A stretch of DNA of 64,000 bases from an uncultured Pseudomonadota bacterium. GTDB lineage: Bacteria; Pseudomonadota; Alphaproteobacteria; Acetobacterales; Acetobacteraceae. The notes below the pieces were generated by a model. The model was not told the origin of the DNA. It made no database searches and saw only the letters and a list, made by a program, of their open reading frames with translations. The stretch lies in contig CAWBUL010000005.1 of NCBI GenBank assembly GCA_963791885.1, forward strand, positions 1,942,356-2,006,355, read 5' to 3'. The translations under genes were made by a program, and so were the position numbers. The number at the start of each line of letters is the position of its first letter. Position 1 is the stretch's first letter. This document shows positions 29,242-42,284 of the stretch, piece by piece.

Positions 29242-30233
29242 TGTCATCGACCACCACGACCGCTGACGAAGCCGCCGCCCTGTCGCGCAACCGCACGGCC
29301 TTTTTCGGCTTCACGCGCGCGCAGGCCGTGGCTTTTGTGATCATGCTGGCGCTGATCGTCGTGCTGCCGCACGTGCTGTATCCGATCTTCCTGATGCGGG
29401 TGCTCACGGGTGCGCTGTTCGCCTGCGCATTCAACCTGATGATCGGCTATGTCGGACTACTGTCCTTCGGGCACGCGGCGTTCTACGGCATGGGCGCGTA
29501 CATTGCGGCCTGGACGCTGAAATTCTGGGGCATCGATGCGGTGCTGGCGATCGCGCTGGGTGGCGTGATGGGCGGTGCGCTGGGGCTGGTCCTTGGCTAT
29601 CTCGCGATCCGACGGTCAGGCATCTACTTTGCAATGATCACGTTGGCGCTGGCACAGATGGTGTATTTCTTCTGCCTCGAGGCGCCGTTCACGGGCGGGG
29701 AAGACGGGATCCAGCAGGTGCCCCGTGGCCACGCGTTCGGACTGTTCTCGCTCAACAGCGATATGCACATGTATTGGCTGACCGCGGGCATCTTCCTGGC
29801 CGGATTTCTGTTGATCCATCGTGTCATTCACTCGCCCTTCGGACAGATCCTGAAGGCGATCCGAGAGAATGAGCCGCGAGCCACGTCGCTTGGTTACCGC
29901 ACGAACGATTACAAGCTGATCGCGTTCGTTCTGTCCACGGCGTTGTCGGGCGTCGCGGGGGCAACCAGCGCCGTGGTGTTCGGCATCGCGACCCTGGACG
30001 GGGTGCATTATTCGCGCTCGGGCGAGGTGGTGCTGACGACACTGCTGGGCGGCTTGGGTACCGTATTCGGGCCGGTGGTGGGCGCGGCGCTGACCACGGG
30101 GATGGAGAACTACCTGGCCCAGTTTGGTGACTGGGTCACTGTGACGCAGGGGGCAATCTTCGTGGTCTGCGTGCTGGCGTTCCGCCGTGGCATCGTGGGT
30201 GAGATCGCGCATCTGCTGCGGCTGTCGCTGTAG
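29241..30233 (+). CDS. Branched-chain amino acid-type ABC transporter permease (LivM-like)
   Basis: 330 aa, polytopic. GYVGLLSFGHAAFYGMGAY is present. The start overlaps the previous stop. Confidence 0.85.
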   Translation: MSSTTTTADEAAALSRNRTAFFGFTRAQAVAFVIMLALIVVLPHVLYPIFLMRVLTGALFACAFNLMIGYVGLLSFGHAAFYGMGAYIAAWTLKFWGIDAVLAIALGGVMGGALGLVLGYLAIRRSGIYFAMITLALAQMVYFFCLEAPFTGGEDGIQQVPRGHAFGLFSLNSDMHMYWLTAGIFLAGFLLIHRVIHSPFGQILKAIRENEPRATSLGYRTNDYKLIAFVLSTALSGVAGATSAVVFGIATLDGVHYSRSGEVVLTTLLGGLGTVFGPVVGAALTTGMENYLAQFGDWVTVTQGAIFVVCVLAFRRGIVGEIAHLLRLSL

Positions 30234-30239
30234 CAGCTG

Positions 30240-31222
30240 TTACGCTGCCGGCCTGGCGAGATGACACGCGACAAGTTGGCCGCCCAATTCCCGCTCCTCC
30301 GGTGCCTCATCCCGGCAGCGCGCGGTCGCAAGCGGGCAGCGCGGGTGAAATGCGCATCCTGTCGGAACGGCAAGCGGGCTCGGCAATTCCCCCCTGACGG
30401 CGGTCGCGCTCTGCTTGCGCTCGAAATCCAGGCTCGGCGACGCGGCAATCAGCGCTTGCGTATATGGATGAAGCGGCGTCGCGAAGATCTGCTCCACGGA
30501 TCCCGATTCCACGATCCGGCCAAGATACATCACTGCTACACGCTGCCCGAGATACCGGACGAGTTGCAAATCGTGCGATACAAACACGATCGTCAGCGCC
30601 AGCCTTCGCTGTAAATCGAGCAGAAGGTTGATGATTTGCGCCTGGACCGAGACATCCAGCGCCGAGACGATTTCGTCGGCAATCAGGCACTCCGGCTCCA
30701 GCGCCAAAGCGCGTGCGATGCTGATCCGTTGTCGCTGGCCGCCGCTGAAACTGTGCGGGTAGCGAACCGCGGCCTGCGCCGGCAATCCGACCATCGCCAG
30801 CAGATCACTCACGCGGGCCTGCAAATCCGGCCCGTGCCGCAGTCCATGCACCTGGATCGGCTCGGCGATCTGGCGGCCTATCGTTTTGCGTGGGTTCAAC
30901 GACCCATAAGGATCTTGGAATACCATCTGCACACGGCGGGAAAAGCTCCGCTGTGCTGCTCCATCCACGGCCGCGATATCGCGCCCGGCATAGAGAATCT
31001 GTCCCTCATCGGGCGTATGCAGCCTGACCATGCAGCGCGCGAGCGTCGATTTCCCGCAGCCGGACTCGCCGACGATGGCCAGCGTTTCGCCCCGCCTGAC
31101 CTCCAGATTTACGCCGTTCAGCGCGGCAACCACCGCCGGCTTTTCCCGCCGGATCATCTGCAACGGTGTGCGTGGACGCACGAAGCGCTTGTGCACGTCC
31201 AGCACGCGAACGAGGGCGTCAG

Positions 31223-31226
<4 letters not shown>
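30240..31226 (-). CDS. Peptide/nickel ABC transporter ATP-binding protein (DppF/OppF-like)
   Basis: The start MTDALVRVLDV at 31226 overlaps the upstream stop (ATGA). GESGCGKST, FSGGQRQRISIA and a C-terminal oligopeptide-type extension (CAFHPRCP) are present. Confidence 0.85.
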
Positions 31227-32217
<991 letters not shown>

Positions 32218-32221
<4 letters not shown>

Positions 32222-33054
32222 TCGGGCGCCATCCAGGCAACCACGGCGTCACCGAGCAGACTGAAGGAGAGTCCCGCGGCGACGATGGCAATGCCGGGGA
32301 AGATCGACATCCACCATGCCGTGGTAACGAAATTCTTGCCGTCGGCGATCAGCACGCCCCATTCCGCTGTGGGCGGCTGCGCGCCCAAGCCGAGGTAACC
32401 CAGGCTGGATCCTAGCAAGATGCACAACGACAGATCCGTCATCCAGTATACGATGGTCGGTGTGATCACGTTCGGAAACAACTGCCCGAAGATGATTCGC
32501 GGGGTACTGAATCCCATGACGCGGGCCGCTGCCACGTAGTCGCGGGTCGCCTGTACCATCATCTCGGAGCGCAACAGCCGCGCATATGGAACCCAGCCGA
32601 CGACGCTGACCGCGATGTAGAGGTTCAGCAGTCCGGGGCCCAGCACGGCGACGATTGCGATTACGAGGATCAGAAAAGGCACTGTCACGGTCAGATCGAC
32701 CAGCCGGCCGAACACGATATCCAGGGGGCCGCCGAAATAACCGATCAGCGCGCCGGCGATTGTTCCGAACACCAGTGGGAAAGCCGTGCAGAACAGTGCG
32801 ATCTGCAGATCGACCGGAGCGGCCCAGATCACGCGGGACAGAACATCGCGTCCGAGATTATCTGTGCCAAACGGATGCGCGAGGCTCGGCGGCTTTAGCA
32901 GCGCCAAATAATCGAGATGGTTCGGATCATACGGGCTGAGAAGCCCGGGCATTATGGCACAGACGATGAACAGCACGAGCAGGCTGGCGCCCAGCAGCAC
33001 CCCCGGACGGGGAAACGGCCAGCGCCGAGATGGGGCAGCCAGGGTCGCGCTCAT
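32218..33054 (-). CDS. Peptide/nickel ABC transporter permease (DppC-like)
   Basis: The start MSATLAAPS at 33054 overlaps the DppB-like stop (ATGA). GTDNLGRDVLSRV and AARVMGFSTPRIIFGQLFPN are present. Confidence 0.8.
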
Positions 33055-33995
33055 CGCCCGGACGCGGGACGCGGATCGAGCCATGCCACGGTGATATCCA
33101 CCACCAGGAAAACGCAGGACACCAGGAGCGCGATCACCAGGGTCAGTCCCTGGATCACCTGGTAATCGCGGGCGTAGATGCTGTTCACCATCAGCGTGCC
33201 GATGCCGGGGATGGCGAACACGGTTTCCGTGATGACCGCGCCGCCGATCAGCATCCCGATATGCAGTCCGAACAGCGTCACCGTCGGCAGGATGGCGTTG
33301 CGCAGCACGTGCCGGCGCAGGATCACGGCACGGCTCAACCCCTTGGCGATGGCGAAGCGCACATACTCGGCATCCAGCACCTGGATGATCGAGGCGCGCA
33401 GGTTGCGCATCAGGATCGCCGAGAGACTCAGGGCGAGCGTCAGCGCCGGAAGCACCAGATGGTAGAGATTATCGGCGAACCCGTCGCCGAAACCACCGAC
33501 GGGGAACCACCGCAGTCCCGCGCCGAGCGCGATCAGCAACACCAGTCCCAGGTAGAAGACCGGGATCGAAACGCCCAGCTGGAACACACCGCGGATGAGT
33601 ATGTCGGGCCCGCGATCGCGCCACAACGCGGCCGCGAAGGCGGACGGAACGGCGATCACCGCGGCGAGCAGTGCGGCCATCACGGTCAGCATGATCGTCA
33701 CCGGCAGTCGCTGCACGATCAACTCGGACACCGGCACCCGAAGTGTCAGCGAACGTCCGAGATTGCCGGAAAGGGTTTGGCGCACGAACGTCCAGAACTG
33801 CACCCAAAGCGGCTGATCAAGTCCCATCGCATGCTGGGTCTGCAAAACGGTGGCGGTGGTCGCACGCTCACCCAGCACCGCCAGCGCCGGGTTGCCCGGG
33901 AGCAGGCGCGCGAGCACGAAGACGAGAATCAGCGCAAGGATCAGGGTCGGCACCATCTGGAGCAGGCGCCAGCCGATAAATCCGGCACGCAGCAT
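33051..33995 (-). CDS. Peptide/nickel ABC transporter permease (DppB-like)
   Basis: 314 aa. The sequence runs from LRAGFIGWRLLQMVPTLI to EYVRFAIAKGLSRAVILRRHVLRNA. Confidence 0.85.
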   Translation of the reverse strand: MLRAGFIGWRLLQMVPTLILALILVFVLARLLPGNPALAVLGERATTATVLQTQHAMGLDQPLWVQFWTFVRQTLSGNLGRSLTLRVPVSELIVQRLPVTIMLTVMAALLAAVIAVPSAFAAALWRDRGPDILIRGVFQLGVSIPVFYLGLVLLIALGAGLRWFPVGGFGDGFADNLYHLVLPALTLALSLSAILMRNLRASIIQVLDAEYVRFAIAKGLSRAVILRRHVLRNAILPTVTLFGLHIGMLIGGAVITETVFAIPGIGTLMVNSIYARDYQVIQGLTLVIALLVSCVFLVVDITVAWLDPRPASGR

Positions 33996-35632
33996 TATTT
34001 GGAGCCGGCGGGCTCCATATGCACGCCGGAGAACATGTAGTTACCGAGCGGCAGTTGGACGAAGCCCTGCACGCGCGTGTTCAGCGCGACCGGGTAGGGC
34101 TCATCGAGCAGGAACACCATCGGCGCGGCGTCGATGTAGATTTCCTGGATGTGACGGAACATCTCGGCTCGCTTCTGTGGATCGGTCTCGGTCTGGCTCT
34201 TTTCGAACAGCGCATTCAGCTCCGGGTCGTTGAAGCCGCTGCGGTTCGATTCGTAAGCGGGGTAGTACGCCATGTAAGAGACGATCTGGCTAGGATCGTT
34301 ATAGTCGTTCGTCCAGATTGCGGAGCGCATCTGGAAATCGGAAGCGCGGTATTTCGCAATGTTGGTGGTGGAATCGAGTAACTGCACTTTCAGCCGCACG
34401 CCCAGTTGTGCCCACATCTGCTGAATGGCCGCAAGTTCTGCGGCATCATCCGCGTTCCCCGCGACCGCGAAGATCGTCAGGTCGAACCCATTGTCGTAAC
34501 CCGCTTCCTTTAGCAACGCTTTGGCTTTGGCGGGATCGTACGGGTAGGGCTCGCTCGTGGCGGTTAATGCCATCGGTGTGGAGGCCGGTGGAAGTGTCAC
34601 CTGCGGTTTGCCCATGCCGTAGGTGACGATCTGCGCAATCGCCTTCTTCTCCACGCCATAGTTGAGTGCCTGGCGGACACGTTTGTCGCCGAGCGGATTT
34701 TTGGTGCCGTCCTTCAGCGTCGGACGAATATTCATGCCCAGGTACGCGATCTTTTCCGCCGGAAACAGGACCATGCGGATATTCGGTGTCGCTTTCAGCT
34801 CCGCCGCCCGGGAAAATGGGACGAACTCTGTCCCGTCGATCTGCCCGGACTTCAGCATCAGGATGCGCGTGGCGTCGTCAGGCACAATCAGCACGTCGAC
34901 CTGATCCAGGTACGGAAGCGGCTGGTTGTCCTCTCCCGTTTTCCAGTAGTGCGGGTTGCGCATCAGGCTGAATTTGCTCCCGCGTACCCAGTTGGCCAAA
35001 ACGAATGGACCTGAGGCGACGGGATGATCGGCAAACGCGCGTGCCTTGTCGCGCAATGTCGTGCCGGGCATGGCCATCATCTGCTTTTCCGGCACGACGG
35101 CTGTATAGAAGCTTGCCAGCACCTGCGGGAACACGGGGTCGGGACGGGAGAAGTGAATCACGACGGTGTCGGGCGACATAGCCTCCACGGATTTCACCGC
35201 CGAGAGCAGGAAATAGTAGTTCCCGCCTTCTTCTTTGCTGTGGCCGCGGTCCAAGGTAAACTTGACGTCGCTTGCCTGGATGGGTGAGCCGTCCGAGAAT
35301 TTTATCCCCGGTCGCAAGGTGACCGTCATCGTCAGCCCGTCATCAGAAAGTTTATAACCCGATGCCAGTCCGGGCTGCAGGGCTTTGCCGTCTGGCGTCG
35401 GCTGCAGCAGCGTGTCGTAGACGTTCAGGCTGAACCAGATGTCTTCGGTCTGCTGCTGATAGACGGGATCGAAGAAGATGACGTCACGCGCCGCGCCGAA
35501 CACGAACTTACCACCGCGGGTAATGCCAGCAGCGCGCGCCAAGGAAAATGGTCCTAGTGTCGCCGCGACGGCCATGCCGCCGAGTACGTGGCGTCTTTTC
35601 GCAAGCAGGGAATTTACAGGGGGGAGATTCAT
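33995..35632 (-). CDS. ABC transporter substrate-binding protein, family 5 (DppA/OppA-like)
   Basis: The start MNLPPVNSLLAKRRHVLGGMAVAATL gives a Tat-like signal. The product is about 545 aa with typical family 5 sequence blocks. Confidence 0.85.
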   Translation of the reverse strand: MNLPPVNSLLAKRRHVLGGMAVAATLGPFSLARAAGITRGGKFVFGAARDVIFFDPVYQQQTEDIWFSLNVYDTLLQPTPDGKALQPGLASGYKLSDDGLTMTVTLRPGIKFSDGSPIQASDVKFTLDRGHSKEEGGNYYFLLSAVKSVEAMSPDTVVIHFSRPDPVFPQVLASFYTAVVPEKQMMAMPGTTLRDKARAFADHPVASGPFVLANWVRGSKFSLMRNPHYWKTGEDNQPLPYLDQVDVLIVPDDATRILMLKSGQIDGTEFVPFSRAAELKATPNIRMVLFPAEKIAYLGMNIRPTLKDGTKNPLGDKRVRQALNYGVEKKAIAQIVTYGMGKPQVTLPPASTPMALTATSEPYPYDPAKAKALLKEAGYDNGFDLTIFAVAGNADDAAELAAIQQMWAQLGVRLKVQLLDSTTNIAKYRASDFQMRSAIWTNDYNDPSQIVSYMAYYPAYESNRSGFNDPELNALFEKSQTETDPQKRAEMFRHIQEIYIDAAPMVFLLDEPYPVALNTRVQGFVQLPLGNYMFSGVHMEPAGSK

Positions 35633-35951
35633 GAATTCGCACTGTGACCATGCCACCTGACGCGGTCAACTCGTTCGGCCCGCGCCGAATACCCTTTCCG
35701 GCACGGGATCGTGGGTGAAATTCGCGTATCTGTTCGGGCTGAACGATTTGAGAGACGTCAAACGGCGCCTGCAAAAACAAGTCATTCGCGCGTCATCATG
35801 ACTCTCACCCGAATGTGCATCCGAACGCCCAGGAAACAGATGGTATGCGCCTTCAGCACTGTTCCAAACGGTTTAGATTTGCACCCGTCGGGCGATTGCG
35901 CCTGAAAAGCATCCTGCGCCCACCCGACCAGATATAAATGGGAGGTGCTGC

Positions 35952-36450
35952 ATGATCACGCGCCGCGCAACCGGTCAGTTGCTTGCGTCCACGGCTGTTT
36001 TGGCCGTTTCCGGCGCGTTACGTCCGGGCCTCGCCGATCAGGAAATCAAGGTTGGAATTGACCTGTCGCTAACCGGGGCGGATTCGGAAAGCGCGCAGCG
36101 CATTCTCTACGGTGCCCAATTGGCGTTCAACGATGCGAACGCCAAGCATGCCATTCCCGGCTACACCATCAAGGCAGTGGTCTATGATGACGGAACGGCA
36201 ACCGCGGGGCAGTACGATCCTGCGCAGGCCGCCACCAATGCGCGACGGATGGTGAGCGAGGGGATGGTCGCGGCCGTTGGTCCGATGATGAGCGGCGCCG
36301 GGAAGGCAATGGGGAACGGTTTCATTCGATAAATATGGCGACCTTACGGACCGGACGATCAGCATTTTCCAGATCCGGCAGGACAACAAGTATCCGTTGA
36401 ACGATATGATCCACCAGTACCACTACATCGACACCGCACCGGCGGTGTAG
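35952..36450 (+). pseudogene. Leu/Ile/Val-type ABC substrate-binding protein with a large internal deletion
   Basis: The N-terminal 120 aa (signal, IKVGIDLSLTGADS..., AVGPMMSGAGKAM) end at a stop at 36330-36332. A different frame then reads SFDKYGDLTDRTISIFQIRQDNKYPLNDMIHQYHYIDTAPAV*, the extreme C-terminus of the same family. About 230 codons are missing. Confidence 0.7.
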
Positions 36451-36459
36451 CTGGAACGA

Positions 36460-36487
36460 ACAGGGGGCGCGATCTCACGCCCCCTGT
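36460..36487. terminator. Bidirectional hairpin between the binding-protein pseudogene and the peroxiredoxin gene
   Basis: ACAGGGGGCG, loop CGATCTCA, then CGCCCCCTGT: a perfect 10-bp stem. It lies 10 nt after the + strand stop and 7 nt after the - strand stop, with T-rich flanks. Confidence 0.55.
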
Positions 36488-36493
36488 CGGATT

Positions 36494-37135
36494 TTATCGA
36501 GGCAGCGGCGGCTGTTCCACCATCCGCAGATACGGCCGCAGCTCCTTCCAGCCCTGCGGGAAGCGCTTCTTCGCCTCCTCGTTGGACAAGCTCGGCACGA
36601 TGATCACCGGCTGACCATCGGTCCAGTTCACCGGCGTTGCCACCTTATGCGCGTCCGTCAGTTGCAGGCTGTCGATCACGCGCAGGATTTCGTTGAAGTT
36701 GCGTCCGGTGCTCGGCGGATAGGTCAGGATCAGCCGCACCTTCTTGTTCGGATCGATGATAAAGACGCTGCGCACGGTGATCGACGGATCCGCGTCGGGA
36801 TGGACCATGCCGTAGAGGTCGGAAACCCTTCGGTCGGCATCCGCCAACACGGGGAAGTTCAGTTTCTGACCCTGTGTCTCCTCGATGTCCTTTTCCCAGC
36901 CCTTGTGGCTGTCCGCGGGATCGACCGAAAGACCGATTGGCTTGACGCTGCGCTTTTCCCACTCCGGCTTCAGCCGCGCGACTTCGGCGAGTTCGGTGGT
37001 GCAGACCGGCGTGTAGTCCTTGGGATGGCTGAACAGCACACCCCAGGAATTGCCCAGCCATTTGTGGAAGCTGACCCGCCCCTCTGTGCTGTCTTGTTCG
37101 AAGTCGGGCGCCGTCTGTCCAAGTTGGATCGCCAT
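36494..37135 (-). CDS. 1-Cys peroxiredoxin (Prx6-like)
   Basis: The start MAIQLGQTAPDFEQDS gives 213 aa. The active site is FSHPKDYTPVCTTEL. Confidence 0.9.
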   Translation of the reverse strand: MAIQLGQTAPDFEQDSTEGRVSFHKWLGNSWGVLFSHPKDYTPVCTTELAEVARLKPEWEKRSVKPIGLSVDPADSHKGWEKDIEETQGQKLNFPVLADADRRVSDLYGMVHPDADPSITVRSVFIIDPNKKVRLILTYPPSTGRNFNEILRVIDSLQLTDAHKVATPVNWTDGQPVIIVPSLSNEEAKKRFPQGWKELRPYLRMVEQPPLPR

Positions 37136-37246
37136 CGTCCTACTCCTCCATTTGTTCCATTTATCCCGGACATATGCGGGCGGGTGGCCCACCATAAAAG
37201 CCCCCCGGTTTTTCCGCCCCCCGGTTCCTGATACGTCCACCCCCAA

Positions 37247-38397
37247 ATGTCCGATGAAAACCCCGCACACCCGGCCCTGCTCCCCGCCGGCCTGCGCGAT
37301 CTCCTGCCGCCCGATGCGGAAACCGAGGCCGCTGCGGTCGAGGCGCTGATGGCCGTGTTCGCCGGCCGCGGCTACGAGCGGGTGAAGCCGCCGTTACTGG
37401 AATTCGAGGACACGCTGTTTGCCGGGTCTGGAGCGGCGGTGGCCGAACAGACCTTCCGGCTGATGGACCCTGACAGCCAGCGCATGATGGGCCTGCGCGC
37501 CGACACCACGCCGCAGGTTGCGCGCATCGCCGGCACCCGCCTGGTCAACGAGCCCCGGCCGCTGCGCCTGTCCTATGCCGGCCAATGCCTGCGCGTGCGG
37601 GGCAACCAGTTGGCGCCGGACCGGCAGATGGCCCAGGCCGGGATCGAACTGATCGGCACCAATTCTGTGGCGGCCGACGCCGAGATCGTGCTGGCCGGCG
37701 CCGAGGCGCTGCACGCCGCCGGGCTGGCGCGTTTCAGCTTCGACCTGACGCTGCCGACGCTGATTCAGGCCATGCTGGATGACGCCGGGATCGCCGATCC
37801 GGCCCGCACCGCGCTGATGCGCGCGCTGGACCGCAAGGATGCGGCCGCTGTGGCGCGCCATGGCGGCTCGCTCGCGCCGGTCCTGACAGACCTGCTTCTG
37901 GCCGCCGGCCCGGCCGACCGGGCGCTGGCTGCGCTTGCCGAGGCCCGCCTGGGTGACGCCGCGCGTCCGCTTGCCGATCGTCTGGCCGAGACAGTCAGTG
38001 CCATCCGCGCCCGTGCGCCCACGCTGCGGCTGACCGTCGATCCGGTGGAGTTCCGCGGCCTGCGCTACCACACAGGCGTCGCCGTCACGATTTTCGCACC
38101 CAATAGGCACGAAGAACTCGGGCGCGGCGGCCGCTATCAGTGCGGCGACGAGCCGGCCACTGGCCTGACGCTGTATCCGGATGCCATTCTCCGCGCCGTG
38201 CCGCCGCGTCCGCGGCGACCACGCGTCTATCTTCCCGCCGATGCCGACCCCGATGCCGCTGCCAGCTTGCGCGCGCAGGGCTTCGCCACGATCGCCGCCT
38301 TGAACGGGGGGAATGATGAAGCCGAAGCGCGCAGCCTCGGCTGCTCTCACATCCTGCGCGGCGGTAAGGCCGTGAGCCTGCAATCCGGAGAAGCCTG

Positions 38398-38398
<1 letters not shown>
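37247..38398 (+). CDS. hisZ: ATP phosphoribosyltransferase regulatory subunit
   Basis: 383 aa with a HisRS-like core lacking an anticodon domain ([33 protein letters not shown]). It lies directly upstream of purA with a 1-nt overlap. Confidence 0.8.
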
Positions 38399-39687
<1,289 letters not shown>

Positions 39688-39875
39688 GGGTTCTCTGCGC
39701 GAATCGGTAGCGGCACCGCAGTTCCAGGCCTTAGTGTCGCGACCGATCCAGTACCGAGGGGAACAAAACGTCAGGGACGAAACAGGGCGAAGCGCGACAG
39801 GCATCTCTCGCGGGACCTGACGGGGTCAGCCTGCGGCAAATCTCCTGGCGCGGGCCGTTCGCGCCCCGCGCGGCG

Positions 39876-42260
39876 GTGATGGCGCTGCGGACGCGACGTA
39901 TTCCCGTGACCAACGTCTCGACCGCGCCCGCTATCCTCCAGCATTGTGCGATCGATCCGCTGCGCGGCGTCGATGGCACGCTGGCCCCCGGCGTGCTGTC
40001 GGTGGGATCGATGCCGGGCAATCCCATTGGCCCGGCGGAGAGCGCCGAGCTCATGCTGACGGGCACGATTCCGGTCCACCCCGGCAAATACGCAACCACC
40101 GTCCGTCTGCTCGCTGCCTCTGGGGACAGTCTCGCCATTCCTGTTTCGCTGGAGGTACCGGCGGCCGCCGCCTGGGGCATTTTGTGCATGCTTCTCGGGC
40201 TGTTTCTGCTGGGAACCGTCAACCTGCTCCAGGGTGAAGGCGCGATCCGGACGACGCTGCACGATGCGCTGCAAGCCCGGCAGGACATTCACACCGTCCT
40301 GGAGACAAATCCTGCTCCGCAGAGCCTGGCGTCCGACGTCGAACTGATGAATCATGATTTCGATGTGGCGATCGCTATCCTGAGTCAGCGTCGCCAACCG
40401 TCGATCGTCGACCACCGGGAAGCCGAGGCGCAACCGCACCTGGACGAGGCGACGAAGATCGCCGCGAAGCTGCGTGCCGACCTGACCGGGCTGCCGCGAG
40501 GTCAGGCAGAGATTCAGGACGTGCAACAGGACTGGTCGGCGCTGCAATCGACGCTGCAGCAGATCGCCGCGTTGCCGCAGACCCTGCCGGCACAGAACGA
40601 CCAGAGCTTCGCCGCGCGGCTCAACGCGTTTCTGATCAATTTCCGCAATCGCACCTTGCGCGATCCGGCCATCCTTGTCGTCGCGGAGATGTCCACCGAG
40701 CTGGGCCGTATGAAGCTGGAGGAGGCGGCCGGCGAGGGTGACGCCGCGCGCGATCTTGCGCTTAACACGCGCGTGTGGCTGGAGCGCTCTTCGCTGTTTC
40801 TTCAACGCGAACTCACACTCTATCGCACCGCGCTCATCCAGGCCGGATGGATGCTGAACACCGATCGCGTCCTTCGCGAGCGCGCCGCCAAGGACGATCT
40901 GCTACCGGAAGACCGCGCCGCGATCCTGTCCAATCTCGACCGGGCGGAAGCGAAGTTGGCCGGCGACGCCACGTACGAAGACTTCCGCGATGCCAACCGC
41001 CTGATCGATGCAGCCTGGACGGCTCAGGTGCGCGGCTCCGCCAACATGGCCAAAATCAAGGACGATCAGGCGATCGCCGCTGCCGACAAGCAGACGGACT
41101 ACACAGACGTCACCGATCTGATGGGGAAGCTTCAGGCCGAACCTGCGCCACATACGATGGCCATGAAACAGTCCGGACTCACGCAAATTCTTGATTTCTG
41201 GCGTGCGCACGTGGCGGGCGTGACCGACGTCACGATGCGCGAGGCGATGCAGCACCAGTTGGATTCGATGCGGTCGCTCGTGAGCGCGGGCAAGCTGATG
41301 GACGCCTCTTCCGTCTATCGCACATTCATCAACGACTGGACGAAGTGGAACGGCAAACTCGTCGATCAGGGACTGGATCAGATCGATCATCCACGCTGCC
41401 TGGAATACTTCGCCGACCTCCAACGCAACGCGGCAAGCATCGAGGCCACACTGCGCGAGTTGCCCGCGAGCCCGCAGCTGACAGCGTGGGACCGCAGCCT
41501 CGATCAGATCCGGCTCGACCTGCTGCGTCAGGGACCGGACGCAGAGGCGGTCTCGGCCAATTGCATGCCGCCGCTGATCGACATCGGCAAGCGGACGGTG
41601 ACCCTGTCAGGTGAATTGTTCACCGCCGGCCTGATCGACGTAGCGCTCCCGGCGGCGACGCGGCTGCGTCTGGCGCAGGAGTTTGGCGTTGCCTCAGCGA
41701 TCGATCTCACCAGCGCCAATATAAGCCGGCCGCGAAACCTGACGTTGCGTTCGCTGACGCCGGCGGATGAGCGCGTGGTGGGGCGCGATCTGAGTTTCAC
41801 ATTGACCGGCGCCGATCCGGTGTGGGGGAGTTCGACCACGATCCGGGTGGATTTCGGCGACGGCACGGCGCCGTTCATTGCGAACGCCGAAGCGGTTCGT
41901 CAGAGCGGTCCGATCGTGCACCAATACGCTGCGCCAGTGACCGCACGGCTCACCGTGACGGCGACGGAGGATCCGAGGCCGGGCGAGGCGACAGGAACAC
42001 TACTGGGTCAGGGTAATACGACGGTGCTGATCGTGCCGTCGCCAGTCACGCGGGCGCGCATCATCGCCGATGAGTTTCTGAACCTGCGCTTCGCGCTGGC
42101 GCTGCTGATCGCGATGACGGTTTATTACTGGCGTTACCACAACCGGACCACGGTCTTCGGCGCCCGGGGCTATGATTACGTGGAAGCGTTCGCCCTGGGA
42201 TTTGCGGTCGACGCCGCCGTTTCGCGGTTGCCGCAGGCCATTGCAGGGTTCGTCAGCTGA
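39876..42260 (+). CDS. Large hypothetical membrane protein with a PKD-like domain
   Basis: 794 aa. A TM helix lies at about aa 98-118 (AAAWGILCMLLGLFLLGTVNLL), followed by a roughly 500-aa helical region. A PKD-like block reads TIRVDFGDGTAPF...VHQYAAPVTARLTVTA, and there are two C-terminal TM helices. No signal peptide. An in-frame stop at 39732-39734 limits upstream extension. Confidence 0.6.
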   Translation: MMALRTRRIPVTNVSTAPAILQHCAIDPLRGVDGTLAPGVLSVGSMPGNPIGPAESAELMLTGTIPVHPGKYATTVRLLAASGDSLAIPVSLEVPAAAAWGILCMLLGLFLLGTVNLLQGEGAIRTTLHDALQARQDIHTVLETNPAPQSLASDVELMNHDFDVAIAILSQRRQPSIVDHREAEAQPHLDEATKIAAKLRADLTGLPRGQAEIQDVQQDWSALQSTLQQIAALPQTLPAQNDQSFAARLNAFLINFRNRTLRDPAILVVAEMSTELGRMKLEEAAGEGDAARDLALNTRVWLERSSLFLQRELTLYRTALIQAGWMLNTDRVLRERAAKDDLLPEDRAAILSNLDRAEAKLAGDATYEDFRDANRLIDAAWTAQVRGSANMAKIKDDQAIAAADKQTDYTDVTDLMGKLQAEPAPHTMAMKQSGLTQILDFWRAHVAGVTDVTMREAMQHQLDSMRSLVSAGKLMDASSVYRTFINDWTKWNGKLVDQGLDQIDHPRCLEYFADLQRNAASIEATLRELPASPQLTAWDRSLDQIRLDLLRQGPDAEAVSANCMPPLIDIGKRTVTLSGELFTAGLIDVALPAATRLRLAQEFGVASAIDLTSANISRPRNLTLRSLTPADERVVGRDLSFTLTGADPVWGSSTTIRVDFGDGTAPFIANAEAVRQSGPIVHQYAAPVTARLTVTATEDPRPGEATGTLLGQGNTTVLIVPSPVTRARIIADEFLNLRFALALLIAMTVYYWRYHNRTTVFGARGYDYVEAFALGFAVDAAVSRLPQAIAGFVS

Positions 42261-42284
42261 ACTTCGGTCTTTACCGGGTACAAC

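Noticed and set aside
33030-34040. 336-aa plus-strand ORF, and similar long ORFs at 5423..6676 (+), 37394..38566 (-), 59636..60292 (-) and 62482..63480 (-)
   Set aside because: All lie antisense to, or out of frame with, well-supported genes or recognisable gene fragments, and they have biased Arg/His/Gly/Asp composition. They were treated as GC-driven open frames.
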